Assembly: GCA_973895155.1 (NCBI GenBank)
Contig: OZ316898.1
Location: 126,751 to 190,750, forward strand
Reading direction: 5' to 3'
DNA length: 64,000 nt
Origin: Marsupella aquatica
Lineage: Eukaryota; Plantae; Marchantiophyta
Part shown: one piece after another, positions 35,537 to 47,812 of the stretch
Layout of the letters: the number at the start of each line of letters is the position of its first letter
Position numbering within the stretch: the stretch's first letter is position 1
Translations under genes and position numbers: made by a program
The notes under the pieces: generated by a model
Databases searched by the model: none
What the model was told of the DNA's origin: nothing
The model's input: the letters and a program-made list of their open reading frames with translations, nothing else

Positions 35537-38509
35537 CAATTAACTTCATCATCGGAAGTGGGCCCAGCAGCAGACGAACCTCCTAATACTGAGGCTAATA
35601 GGGATTTACACCATGATATGGGAGTGTCAGCTACCCTTGAGCCATTTGCACCAGAAGTATCCAAACTTGGACTTCAGCCGGCAAACCTCACGGATGGAAT
35701 TGTGGATCCAAAAGCTTGTCAGAAAATCGAAATTGAGCCAGGCAAGTTTTTGAATATTGGTAAGCATATCGAAGGAGAGCTACGGGAACAGTATATCAGT
35801 TTATTAACCCAGTATAAAGATGTCTTTGCCTGGAGTCATTCTGATTTAAAAGGTATCCATCCACATTTGGGCGAACATCGTATTGACCTTATGGAAGGAG
35901 CAGTACCTGTCCGACAGAGACAGTACCGTTTGAATCCCAAATATTCCATCCTGGTTAAAGACGAGTTGGACAAGCTCACGACTGCTGGATTTATCTACCC
36001 GGTCTTGAGTAGTGAATGGGTCTCACCAATTGTCATTGTCCCCAAAAAGCCGGGACCCGATGGTAAAACGAAAATTCGCGTTTGTCAAGACTTCCGGAAG
36101 TTGAATGCTGCCACTCGGAAAGATCATTATCCTTTGCCATTTATTGATCTGGTACTTGATTCAGTGGCCTTGCATGAGTTATACAGTTTTTTAGATGGGT
36201 ACTCTGGTTATAACCAGGTGTCCATTCGGAAGGAGGATCGCGACAAGACTACGTTCACCACCGACTGGGGTACATATGCATTTACCATGATGCCTTTTGG
36301 GCTGTGTAATGCCCCGGGTACTTTTCAGCGCATTATGATGATTATTTTTCAAGAATATTTGCGGCATTTCATGGAGATTTTTATTGACGACTTTTGTGTT
36401 TACGGGTCAGCGGCTGAACACCTCGTCCATTTGGAGAAGACATTTCAGAAGTGTAGAGAGGCTCAGTTGTGTCTTCATCCAGAAAAGTGCTTTATTGGTA
36501 TGAAGGAGGGAATTTTGTTAGGCCATGTTATTTCACAACGCGGCATTGAGGTTGATACAGAGAAGGTTAGAGTAATTATGGAGTTGCAACCACCGACCGA
36601 TTTAAAGCAGCTTCGTGCTTTTCTGGGACATGTGGGGTATTATCGTCGGTTCATTTATAAACATGCTAATATTGCCTTACCCTTAACCCAACTGTTAAAA
36701 AGTGATGTGGAATATACATGGAATGAGGAGCGGCAGCAAGCATTCCAGTTGCTCAAGGATCGGTTAATCTCTGCACCTATTTTGTCACCCCCAGATTGGA
36801 CTAAGAAGTTTCATGTCTTCATTGACTCTTCTGCGTTCTGCATTGGAGCTAATCTCAGTCAGAAGGATGTGGAAAACCGTGACCATCCAATTTACTATGC
36901 CAGCCGCCAAATGAGTGCAGCCGAGAAAAACTACTCCGTCACTGAACGGGAAGCTTTGGCCATCGTCTTTGCGTGTAAGAAATTTCGTCACTATTTGTTG
37001 GGGTATCAGGTTACTTTTCACACTGATCATAATTCCTTAAAATATTTGGTTAACCAAGTGGATCTCTCAGGATGAGTAGCCCGCTGGGTTTTACTACTCC
37101 AAGAATTTGATTATGAAGTTCATGTCCGACCTGGCAAACATCATGAGAATGCAGACTTCCTATCTCGGTTACCTGGTCCGGAGAATCAGCATAATCTCTC
37201 CGATGAATTTCCTGACGAGCATTTGTGGCACATTGAAGGGGAGTCTTCTCGATATTTTAATATTGTGCACATGCTGCTTCATGGAACGTTCCCTGAAGGC
37301 TTTAATGCGGAAGAACGAGCTGTCTTTGCTCATAAGGTGGGTCCCTATACCATTATTCGGGGCACTTTGTTTAAACAAGGTCCTGATCAACAATTACGAC
37401 GTTGTCTAGAGGATAGGGAACTTCCCCAAGTAATTGAAGCTTTACATTCAGGAGAAACCGGTGGGCATTATGCTGTGAATACCACAGTTAAGAAAATTTT
37501 GGATGCTGGATACTGGTGGCCTACTATGCATCGAGATACTTACAATTTTATTAAGACCTGTGATCCCTGTCAAAGGATCGGGAAGCCCACTGCTAGTTCC
37601 AAATGGCCTCTTACGCCTATCCTTCCGTTGGCACCATTTGAGAAATGGGGGATTGATTTTATTGGCCCAATTTCTCCAGCAGCTCGGAAAAGCCGAAGCA
37701 AATATATTATTCTGGCCACTGATTATGCCACCAAATGGGTAGAGGCGAAAGCTACTCGCAAGAATGATGCTATAACCGCAGCTGCATTTCTCTTTGAGCA
37801 CATTATCACCCGGTTTGGTTGTCCTTTGGAGTTGGTAAGCGATAGGGGTTTGCATTTTCTTAACTCAACTATTGAGTTAATCACTGACCTTTATCTTATC
37901 AAGCATCGCAAAACTACTCCTTACAACCCCCGAGCTAATGGCTTAACCGAGAGAGCTAATGGCATTATGGGCAAGATTCTGAATAAAATGGTAGAATCTC
38001 ACAAGACAGATTGGGATGTGAAGCTCCATTCTGCATTATGGGCTTACCGCACCGCTGAGAAGATTACAACTCTTCACACCCCCTTCTATCTGACCTATGG
38101 CCTGAATAGTATTATTCCAATAGAATTTTCGTTACCAACGGAACGTATCTTGGTACCACACCGACTCTCTCCTTCAGATAGTCTCTCACATCGGTTTTCC
38201 AATATTGTTAAATTAGAAGAAGTTAGACTTTTAGCATTAGACCATACAGTCACCATTCAGAACCAGCGTAAACTTGCTTATGATAAGAAGCTGCGCGTAG
38301 TGCAGTTAGATGTTGGTGATTTAGCATTAGTCTTTGATTCTCGTTATATGCTATTTCCTGGGAAACTTCATACTCATTGGATTGGTCCTTACCGAGTTAC
38401 ACACATCTGGGATAATGGTTCAGTTTCATTGACTACCTTAGATGGTCACCCACTTAACACTAGAATCAATGGGTTTAGGATTAAACGGTACTATGAGTCT
38501 TCCATTTAG
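35537..38509 (+). pseudogene. Z RT-RNaseH-integrase, same frame as gag-PR, with one internal TGA at 37073-37075
   Basis: CQDFRKLN, FIDDF, VFIDSS, HHCC, WGIDFIGP, SDRGLHF, HWIGPY; DLSG*VARW replaces conserved GRVARW. Confidence 0.92.
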
Positions 38510-38896
38510 AATTCCACCTGGGACAGGTTGCAATTTAAGTGGAGGGCGGTAGTTATACTTAGTTAGAATTAGTGACCCTCCCTAGTAAGTATTCGGCATA
38601 TTTTTATTTTTTATTTTTTTTAGTTACTTTCAGTTTTTACATTGGACGCTGTGAAAAGCGTCCATTGTAACTCGACGCTGGGGAAGCGTCCACTTAGTTT
38701 ACAAAGGACGTTGTGCAGAGGTCCGCTTTTGTATTAGTTCAGTTGCATGAGACGCTGTGAGCCGATGACTAGGCATCTTGTACAATGGCGGATTGCGACA
38801 GCTCAACGGGACGCTGAGGAGTAAGCAGTCGCGCTTCGCCCTAGTTCACTATGGAACACGATTCTCACTGAGCTTACGGAGCTAATAAGTCATGCG

Positions 38897-41470
38897 ATGG
38901 CGGAGACTGAGCTGACGACGCGACCAATACTCGCAGACATTCCATCGAATGCAGTGCATAGGCGGCAGTTGAAGACGGCTCTGGCAAAAATGGGCTTGAA
39001 GAAGCTGCTTCAACTTCCTTGGAAGATTTGCGAATTCAGCCTTATCGATCAAGGTGTCTGGGACGCTGAAGAAAGGATTGGTGTGCGCTCGCGTCCCAGT
39101 GTTTGGACTGAAGCGCTCATAGCGAAGGTCTATTCGACGCCGATGGAGGGCGAGGATTTACAGAGGGTTGATTGTGAGCCTCGGGTTTATGTAGAATCCT
39201 TCTTCGCTCCAGGATCTTTCAAGAGGCGGAATGGATGGCTAGCGGCGGACTGCTTAGATAATTCTCTGCAGCGTCTATTTCGATTTCTGGCACCAATTTT
39301 CTACCCAGAAAGCCAGACGCGCATCACTCTTTCGTTCGCTGCAACGGTGATCTGTTCATTAGAACAGACGCAGTCTATCAATTGGACGAAGGTTTTGCAC
39401 CGAGTAATTCATACTCAGGTCAAAAAATTTCGTAGCAGGCTGAAAACGGGGAAAATAAGGTGTACCTACTTGGCCCCTTATTTAGCTCACATTTACCATA
39501 AGTATGACTGTCTGCTTGTCTTGGAAAAAGATTTTTATCGCAACAATCAGAGAGCATCTACCGGTGAAGCAAATTATATGCCTGAAGTACGAGAAGTCCG
39601 AGCCAATTCCACAGTGGTAGAGCTATGTGCAATACTCGACTGTGAGGAACCTGAACTGGTGGGTGAAGTTCGGAAATTGAAAGAGACAAGAGCATCAGCT
39701 GAAGGGAGTGACGATCCGATTCTTCACCAACCAAGAGAGGCTCAAGTTGCCGAAGATGTTCCTTCAGCAATGCCAACAGGGTTGGAGCATTCTATGTCAC
39801 CTCGACTCTCGTGTTCACCTTGTGCTGCCGAGCCTATTTATGATGTTGATCAGGATAATTCTGCTTCTCGGATGAATGTTGAAGATGAGGTGAGGGTGGA
39901 TGAAGAAGGTTTTTCAGGGGAACCTCTTCAACATTCTACTGCTGAGGACGAGTATGATGGATTTACTTCTACCCCTGTTTTGGTTCCCATAGAGGCAAAT
40001 AGTGATGCTTTGCAGGCTTTACAGGAGTATGATTCGTCCGACTCCCTTAGTTCTAGCCCAAATATAGGTGAAATCCCTCTGGTCCAGGAGTCAGAAATAT
40101 TAAGCTCAGAAATTGTGAAGCTGGTTAAAGTTGATTCGGAGGATGCAATTGTGGATATAGACGAAGTAGGTGAACCAGTGACTTCTCCCCAATCTGTCGC
40201 AAGATACCCTGCCTGGTCTACACCTGGTTCACTCATATCGATTCCTTTGGATATAACTAAGGAATTAGATGAGGCAATAGCCGCGATAGGAGCTCCTTCA
40301 TTTCCGCCTGTAAAATGGGTTTATCCTGAAGATGAGTTGATTGAAGGAGGCTCTGCTGGTTTTCCGAGTCGCAATCAGGTATCTGGTAATATGGGTATAT
40401 CTGTACCCATATTGGTACCCGAGACACCCGCTTCGACAACCAGCTCAGCACCAGTTTCATTGGCTACAAACGAGGATAAAAACATTCGGGAGGAGTTTTC
40501 AGTGACGTATACTCGAAAATCTTGGAAACGGTTGCGCCATGCTATCAGTCGACAGATCTTTCCTGAAGCATCTTCCCAGGATTTTGAACAGGGAGAAGCA
40601 CCTATCGGAACAGACGAGCTACCCCTTCCTGTACTTTTGGCAGATCGAACTAACCAGGAAGTCTCTTTACCTAGCGATAATTTTAAAGAAGAACTTCCTG
40701 TTTTAGTACCAATGCATCCCACTGCAGATCAACCAGCTACTGTTGCAAGAGAAGAATTTGAACCACTGGAGCCCGAACCTTCTGCTCCTTCGTCTCCTGT
40801 TACATTGCCAATTCGACCAGTTAAGGAGTCAGTGATTCCTTCCGCTATGCCAGATGTAATTTTCCGTTGGATAGGAGCACCAAGTGATGGAGAAGAAGAC
40901 GAAGACCCTCGCATTATCAGAGTACCTCCTCGACTTCGGCATACAGTGGATTTGCCATCCCGAAATCCTATCCCTAATTTGGCTTCAATTCACAGGTGGG
41001 AGAAGAAACATTTTCGAGTAGCTTTTCGACATCTGGAGATGGAGAGCATTTTGCAGCAGCAGCAGATTTTGCCAATGACATCCCATCCGAGGATTCGTAG
41101 TTTGATTCGCACATATGAACCTGGGAAGGCGGTTCCTCCCATTGATAAGGACAGACGACATAAGTTTTCGGAGTTCGAAATTTGGTGTTGGGTGTATATG
41201 CTTCGACGAGCTCAAGCTCCATTTCCGCCCCTTGTGCCGGAAATTCCATGGCCCTATCCATACTATGTTTGGGTTTGTCCTGGTGGGTTTGCTATTCCAA
41301 TTAAATATGAGAAGAAGCTTGTTAAGCTAAGGGAGCAGTTGATTACAAAACAATGTATGCTACCGGCTTCCCAAGGGTTCAAGTCGCTTAGGTGTTTAGC
41401 GTTCCTACCTATTATTCCTTCTTATCCGGATGTGATTATTCAAGGTGTTTTATCTAGGACACAGATTTGA
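38897..41470 (+). CDS. Z additional ORF (857 aa) between pol and 3' LTR; N-terminal domain related to the X/Y LTR protein core
   Basis: GLKKLLQLPW...WTEALIAKVYSTP...RNGWLAADC...FRFL resembles GLEAFVRLPW...LTPKVIAEVFGLP...KNGFFRNTC...IDFL, followed by an acidic/proline-rich region. Confidence 0.75.
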   Translation: MAETELTTRPILADIPSNAVHRRQLKTALAKMGLKKLLQLPWKICEFSLIDQGVWDAEERIGVRSRPSVWTEALIAKVYSTPMEGEDLQRVDCEPRVYVESFFAPGSFKRRNGWLAADCLDNSLQRLFRFLAPIFYPESQTRITLSFAATVICSLEQTQSINWTKVLHRVIHTQVKKFRSRLKTGKIRCTYLAPYLAHIYHKYDCLLVLEKDFYRNNQRASTGEANYMPEVREVRANSTVVELCAILDCEEPELVGEVRKLKETRASAEGSDDPILHQPREAQVAEDVPSAMPTGLEHSMSPRLSCSPCAAEPIYDVDQDNSASRMNVEDEVRVDEEGFSGEPLQHSTAEDEYDGFTSTPVLVPIEANSDALQALQEYDSSDSLSSSPNIGEIPLVQESEILSSEIVKLVKVDSEDAIVDIDEVGEPVTSPQSVARYPAWSTPGSLISIPLDITKELDEAIAAIGAPSFPPVKWVYPEDELIEGGSAGFPSRNQVSGNMGISVPILVPETPASTTSSAPVSLATNEDKNIREEFSVTYTRKSWKRLRHAISRQIFPEASSQDFEQGEAPIGTDELPLPVLLADRTNQEVSLPSDNFKEELPVLVPMHPTADQPATVAREEFEPLEPEPSAPSSPVTLPIRPVKESVIPSAMPDVIFRWIGAPSDGEEDEDPRIIRVPPRLRHTVDLPSRNPIPNLASIHRWEKKHFRVAFRHLEMESILQQQQILPMTSHPRIRSLIRTYEPGKAVPPIDKDRRHKFSEFEIWCWVYMLRRAQAPFPPLVPEIPWPYPYYVWVCPGGFAIPIKYEKKLVKLREQLITKQCMLPASQGFKSLRCLAFLPIIPSYPDVIIQGVLSRTQI

Positions 41471-41482
41471 AGGACACCATTT

Positions 41483-41959
41483 ATGAGAGATATCAAACGG
41501 TGTTGTCATTTATATGTATATAAGCCGTTACTTTTGCAGCATCCTGCAATTGTTTCCTTCTTTCTCCTTCGAATTGATATTTATCTGCTCATGTGGGACA
41601 TCAAAGCTACTATGGATTGTTGGAATTCTTTACCCCGTGCTTTCCAACATTCCTTTGAAGGCAAGATCAAACTGGGAGGACATGCTATTCAACACTTTGT
41701 TATTGATCCAGGCTCTCGAATTAATTTCCTCTCCCACAGACTGTGCCAGCAATTTGTTCATCAAGAAGTACAACCGATATCTGCTCAGATATCAATCGAT
41801 GGACGAATCATTAATCTTTGGGGAAGAGTTAAAGGAGTCCCAATACAGATCGGAGAAGAATTCCATGACCTCGATTTTTATATTCTGGATTCGGATATCT
41901 CCCAACTCCCGTCAATGATTTTGAGCACTACTTGGATTATTAAGCCAGAATATTATTAA
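41483..41959 (+). CDS. Second retropepsin-like (aspartic protease fold) ORF in Z
   Basis: FVIDPGSRINFLS...GRVKGVPIQIG...LDFYIL...MILSTTW follows the retropepsin pattern. Confidence 0.65.
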   Translation: MRDIKRCCHLYVYKPLLLQHPAIVSFFLLRIDIYLLMWDIKATMDCWNSLPRAFQHSFEGKIKLGGHAIQHFVIDPGSRINFLSHRLCQQFVHQEVQPISAQISIDGRIINLWGRVKGVPIQIGEEFHDLDFYILDSDISQLPSMILSTTWIIKPEYY

Positions 41960-42036
41960 TGAAGAACATGTCACTCGCTTCTGATTCAATTCGGTCATGT
42001 CTTGTGGGGACACGGCGAAATTTAAGTGGAGGGCTA

Positions 42037-43427
42037 TGTGGTATGGGTGTCCCTGCAATTTTTTCTGGAAACTTGTTTATTTTTAGCATATCACAAGATT
42101 TACTTACACTTTAGACACCTTCCGGCCAACATTTACTTGTTCTGGACACTTATAGAAATATTTGACATCTCCGGCTTTCCTGACGATTCCTAGTGTACTT
42201 TGCCCGACGCTGTGACCAGCGCCCGTTTCTTTTACTCAAGACGCTGCGGAAGCGTCCAACCTCCTCATGACGCTTTTGGCAGCGCCCGACCGCCACCAAG
42301 ACTCTATGAGGATTTCGACCGACGCTGTGGAAAGCGTCAGCTTCAACACACGACGCTGTGAGCAGCGTCCACCCTAGTATTGACGCTGTGAGCAGTGTGA
42401 GCAGCGTCCGTTGGTTTTACTTAAGACGCTTCTAGCAGCGTCCAGATTCTCCCGACGCTTCTAGCAGCGTCCGCTCAACACTTAGTTTTTGAAGTAGATT
42501 ACTAGTAAAGTAGTATTCTACCACCCTTGTTGAAGTACTTATGCTGTGCTTCTCCCTTGTTTAGTTTTAAGCTTGGAAAGGCACGACTGTTCTTACCTCC
42601 TCCATTTTAGGATTCCAGCACTTATAAGACAGAGTAGAATGCTCATTTGAAGTAGAGAGAAATAGAGTTAATACTGTATTCAGAATTGAGTCTTCTGAAT
42701 AGTTTTCTCCTCCTTCCATTGTAACAAGGCATGCTGTGAGTGTTTTGTATGGAAGTAAAGCTATATTGATTGAAGTTAAGATTGAATTCAAGAGATTCCT
42801 GTGGTGATTGAATTCAGTTGCAGATTTCTGAAACTCGTATTGAATTCACTGCTAGGCTTGCTTGCAGAGTCGGGATTCGCTAGCCAATTCAAGAATAGTT
42901 AATGATAAATGAGAAGTAAATTCTGATTCTCAGAGTAGTTAGTACTGTTGCTTTGATTCTGGAATATGGTTTAGAGTTTGACTGAATTGTGTATCGCTGA
43001 TGTCAAACCATGTTGACGGCATTTTAAATCATATCATTCATTTGCAATCAGAAAGCTTCTGCTTCATCAGATTGAGAATTCCATTATCATTAACCTTTGT
43101 GTTTTGAAGAGTGAGATGGATGAATTATGAGATAGATTTCATGTCTATACTGAGCCCAAATCCTTTCTGAAGGAGTGGCAGTAGCAGCTTGTAGTCTCTA
43201 AATCCTTACTCATTTCTTCTCTAATTCATAAATCAGAAGTTCAGTTACTTTGTTGTTTGTTTATTCGATTTTTTTTATTGAGAAGTGAAGTCAACATAGA
43301 GCTCAAGACTCTAAATCACTCGGAGTGATAAAAGTTATACAATTCATTCTGAAATCTGTTCTTAAAGGGATCGAAACCCTGGTTTTAGGTGAGAAGAGTC
43401 ACTTTTGATACTTAGCACTATACGACA
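42037..43427 (+). repeat. 3' LTR of Z
   Basis: Follows PPT AAGTGGAGGGCTA; followed by TSD AAGTT. Confidence 0.96.
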
Positions 43428-43432
43428 AAGTT

Positions 43433-46400
43433 TGCGCCTGCCTTGAGCATGTTGGTTAATGGTAAAGCTAGTTTGGCAAAATCTTTAATAAACCGGCAAT
43501 AATACCCAATGCAACCCAAGAAGGATCTTACATCCTTTATGTTCTTAGGTTGCATGATGTCAAGCCATACTGCTAGCTTACCTTTGTCAATCTCGATGCC
43601 CTTCTTTGATACCTTGTGACCTCGTAGCACACCTTCTGTTACCCCAAAGAAACATTTATCTGGATGTAACTTGAGACCTACCTCTCTGCATCTCATGAAG
43701 GTCTTCCTTAGGTATTTAGCATGTTTCGATGCCTTCCCGAATACTGCAAAGTCATCAATGAAGATTTCCATGAACTTTCTCAAGTAATCATGGAAAATGT
43801 TCACCATCAATCGTTGAAACATAGCGGGTGCGTTACAGAGTCCAAACGGCATGCGATTGAAGACATAGATCCCCCATTCCGTGATGAAGGCTGTCTTGAT
43901 TTGGTCCTCCTGCCTAATCCTGATTTGGTTATAACCAGAGTACCCATCCATGAATGAATATAGTTCATGACTGGCTACCATGTCTAGTACCATATCAGTA
44001 AAGGGTAAAGGAAAATGGTCTTTTAACGTCGCTTCATTCAGCTTCCTGTAATCCTGACAAACCCGGATCTTGGTTTTACCATCGGGTCCAGCTTTCTTGG
44101 GAACTATCACAATTGGAGACACCCAGTCTGAATGTAGGACTGGAGTGATGAATCCGGCTTCCACTAATTTGTCGATTTCTGTTTTGACCATCAGGGAATA
44201 CTTAGGATTCATCCTTCGAATTGGTTGTCTGAATGATTTGGCTCCTAACATGAGATCAATTCGATGTTCCCCTAATGTTGGATCTACTCCCTTTAGATCT
44301 TGGTGACTCCATGCGAACACATCCTGAAATTCAATCAGTAAGTCACTGATCTCTTTCTCAAGCTCAGGTGCTAGGTCTCTCCCTAAGTTCAGTTCCCTTC
44401 CTTCTCCTAAGTCGAGCTTCCGGTATTGCCGTGCTTGGATCATATTAATCTGCTTCTTCAAATTCGGGTCCAGCTCGGCTTCCAGCCTCTCTAGTCTCAT
44501 ACCTCCATAAACTGGAATCTCGGCTGTACTAGCCGAATCGGTTTCTCCCTTGGTGCCCACAGATTGTCCCCTTGCTGGTCTATTCGGTTTTGAATTGGTA
44601 GTCGGCTTTCCTTCCTGCCTCGGCTTTGGATTGTTTTTGTGCATCTCTTCCACCTCTTCCTCCTGAGGGTCAGGCCGCTATGCTCTCCCGGCTTCTAATA
44701 GGGCCTCAATTTGTTCTGCCCTTGTAATCGGCTTGTATGCCGATCCCTTGGTATTTAATTGCTTGCCGATGATAGACGGCGTTGTGGATCCTGCTGGCTT
44801 TGCCACAACGCCTAAGGAAAATCCACCATCACGGGTATAGCTCCCCCCTTAGCCATTTCATCCAACTGGCTTACTTCTTGTGCTTCCTCCGGAATTGCAA
44901 CTAAAAAGGTGGACTCTATGGCAAAGCAGTCCTTGGCTTCGTCTTGACAATCCTCCAAGTCACTCTCCATAGGTTCTTGCCATAGTCCGTTGGGGGATAC
45001 CTCTGGTCCAAAGACACTTTCTTCGGTTTGGTCAGCGAGGTATTCTAACCATCGTACCTCATCGGCTGATTCCAGTCCACTGTCGTACCCGTCTACCTCC
45101 TTGATATTTCTTCTGCGGTCATCCTTGGTATCCCTGGATACCGTGATAGAGGGGGTCCCAAAAGTGAACTCCTTCTTACCCCAATCCTCTATTACCTTGG
45201 CTAGGTATAGCCACGGTCTACCAATCAATAGCCGGAATGACGTAGGATTTACCGGCTTCATTACTACATAGTTAATGCTAAAGAAGATACCTCCTATCTC
45301 TGTCTTGATGCCGGTTAACACTCCCGTGGGAATGACCTGATACCCATTGGTCATGTTCAACACTCTTCCAGTCATTTCCGATGTTAGACCCCACCCCTTT
45401 GCTGTTGAATCAATCATAATACATACCCCTGATCCTCCATCGATGGGTACCCGTAGTAATATTTCTCCTTGAATCATTAATGGTAATGCTGGGGCTCCTT
45501 GATCTTCTTCTATCATTAGTACGTCGGATCTGGTCGCTACCTTGGGTAATCTTGGCTTGCCGAGGATCGCCTTTCTTAACTGCTTCCGGAAGTACGGGCT
45601 ATTTTTCAATAGTTGACCTACTGTTGCCGAGACTCTAGATTCTAGTACTTCTTTAGCCAGGTCATAGGGAACTATCGGCTTCTCCAGTTGTGTCTCTATC
45701 TTGGATTCGGCCTGTTTTTTCACGCTAGTCCCTACAGCCGTTGGATCTTCCGAAGCAAACAATGCTTTTGCTCGTTTCATATCCTTGGCTATGGCTTCAG
45801 TATTCTCTAGGGTTTCTAATTCTCGCAGTTGTTCCTTAACACTAGCCGTGATAGATGGGTAGAACAACTTAGGGTGGTCTCGATTGAAGTCGCTATCCTG
45901 TGAAGGATTGGGCTCACTGGTGGGCTCATGGCTTACCTGTGTTGACGGTGCCCTTCCTTCTCCTTCCGTTGCTGTTGACGAAGAGTTGATCTTTTCTTCC
46001 TGAACCTTCCCTTTATTTTTGGCCAGCCCATCCCACCTTTCCTTCCTTCTGGTTGATCGAGTAGAGACCCGGTAGCAATCACTATCCATATCCTCTTCTG
46101 AAAATGTTGATAGGGCCTCGGTCTCATCATCAGATGGTCCAAATTCTACCTCGGCATCCACTTGCCATCCGAGTTCGATGTGGTTGATTTGAACTCCTCC
46201 TGGGGTAGTACCTGGCGGCAAGACCTTGACCGGCAAGAGCTTATGATTTGCGGCCAATCCCGCCAACCAAGTAGGACATTGTCCTAGCATGTGACCCTCC
46301 TGTCGGCATCCCATACATAGTTGAGTTGGCTGTCCATCACCTTGTTTGCGTGCATTCGGGCATTCTCTAGCAAAATGGCCAGGTTGACCACAATTATAGC

Positions 46401-47747
46401 ATGCCGCAAATCTTTGCACATTTGGCCTAGGAGGTACTGACGGATTCTGAATATAATCCGAGGATACATCTCTCCTGGATTGTTCCTTAATCCTGACCAG
46501 AGAGATGCAGGTCGGTTGGATAGGTCTCGTGCTCCAGTCTCACTGATGCCGAAAACACTATCAGCGACATCTCCTAGAAAGTACTCTACTTCTCCCTGAC
46601 ATGGTCTGACTTCAGCCACATGCCAAACGTGACTAGTATTGAGCTTAGGACACGCATCTTTATGGTGTCCGGTTTTATAACATAAGGCACACCATACAGA
46701 TCTATCCTCCTGTACTACCTTCTTCTTCGGTTTTACCTCTACTATTATAGCTTTAAGCTGCTCGGTAAGGGCTACGATGTTATCTGGTGGTTTAGCCTCC
46801 AGCTTGACTTTTGTCTTCCCTCTTCTTTTGCCCTTCCTTTTCCTAGTTTTTTCTTCTTCAGAATTAGAGGATGACTCACTCTTGCTACTTCCACTATCCG
46901 AGCTTGAGTTATCACTTCTTGACTTCTTAGAGTGTTTCTTTTTCTTATCCTTTTTCTTATGGGGTGATCCTTCCTTCGATGAGGAACTCTCAGACTTAAG
47001 CTGTTTCTTCCGGCTTGTGATATCTGCATTAATGTATTATTGAATATCTTTAATTGCCTCGGCTAAAGTCTCTGGGTTCTCCTTCCTAATTGCAAAACTC
47101 ATCTTCTGTGGCAAAGCATTCACCAACCATTGAAGTTGCATACCTTCAGATGCATTGGTCTTTGTACGTCTTACCAGTTTCTGAAAGCGTTGCAAGAACT
47201 TCCTGAAGGATTTGTTCTCCTTGAACCGAAGTCGTCCCAACTTCAGCACTGCTAGTTCTGAAGTTCCAATGGGTTGAAACTCCTTAACAAATAGTGTTTT
47301 GAAGATATCCCAGATGGCTTGATCTTCCACATCCAATGCTCTGTACCAAGGCCTAGCCTCACCCTTGAACAGGCCGGGAAGAATCTGCATCTTGATGGCC
47401 GATTCTCCATTTGCTGTAGCGGTTCCCTTGAAATCATCCAACCATTTGTCCGGATCCTCATCTCCTCTCCCATGAAATGCCTTGTAATGAATGCGCGACC
47501 GTTGGCTCAGTCTGGTCCCTGGCCTCTCATCTGGCCGTGCCTCTGGTTCCCCCATGTCGGTTGGGTACTCGTTTCTTCCTACCGACTCTTCTTCTGGTAT
47601 GTCTTCTTCGACGCCACTTCCAGCTTCGGAGCTACCAGCTCTTTCTGCCCCTCTCAGTCGCTGTGTATCATGCCACCCGGCGAGCTGCTGCAGACGAGCT
47701 CTCTCCCGTTGAATCGCTCTTTCCTCCCTTGGCGTAGGTTCAGTCAT
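43433..47747 (-). pseudogene. X2 gag-protease-RT (stops and frameshifts)
   Basis: ORFs 47037-47747 (Gag), 44812-46419 (CCHC, VPIDGGSG, LIGRPWL) and 43418-44653 (RT: CQDYRKLN, FIDDF). Confidence 0.92.
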
Positions 47748-47794
47748 TACCTATGCTTCTTTCCTAACTTCATATCTCACGGCTTAAGAAATGC

Positions 47795-47812
47795 CCCCTC
47801 CATCTAGCGCCA
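47795..47812 (-). promoter_or_regulatory. PBS of X2 (tRNA-Asn type)
   Basis: TGGCGCTAGATGGAGGGG, 4 nt after the LTR end ...GCACCACA. Confidence 0.8.

Larger units (their letters stand above)
29874..43427 (+). mobile_element. Full-length Ty3/gypsy element Z (Athila-like organisation), recent
   Basis: 1391-bp LTRs 29874-31264 and 42037-43427 (two substitutions noticed by eye), TSD AAGTT, PBS 31271-31288, PPT 42019-42036. Confidence 0.96.

Noticed and set aside
37073-37075. Programmed readthrough at the second TGA in Z pol
   Set aside because: It replaces the conserved Arg of GRVARW in RNase H; best explained as CGA>TGA deamination.
38897-41470. Calling the accessory ORFs envelope proteins
   Set aside because: No signal peptide or convincing transmembrane segment; the X protein has NLS-like motifs instead.
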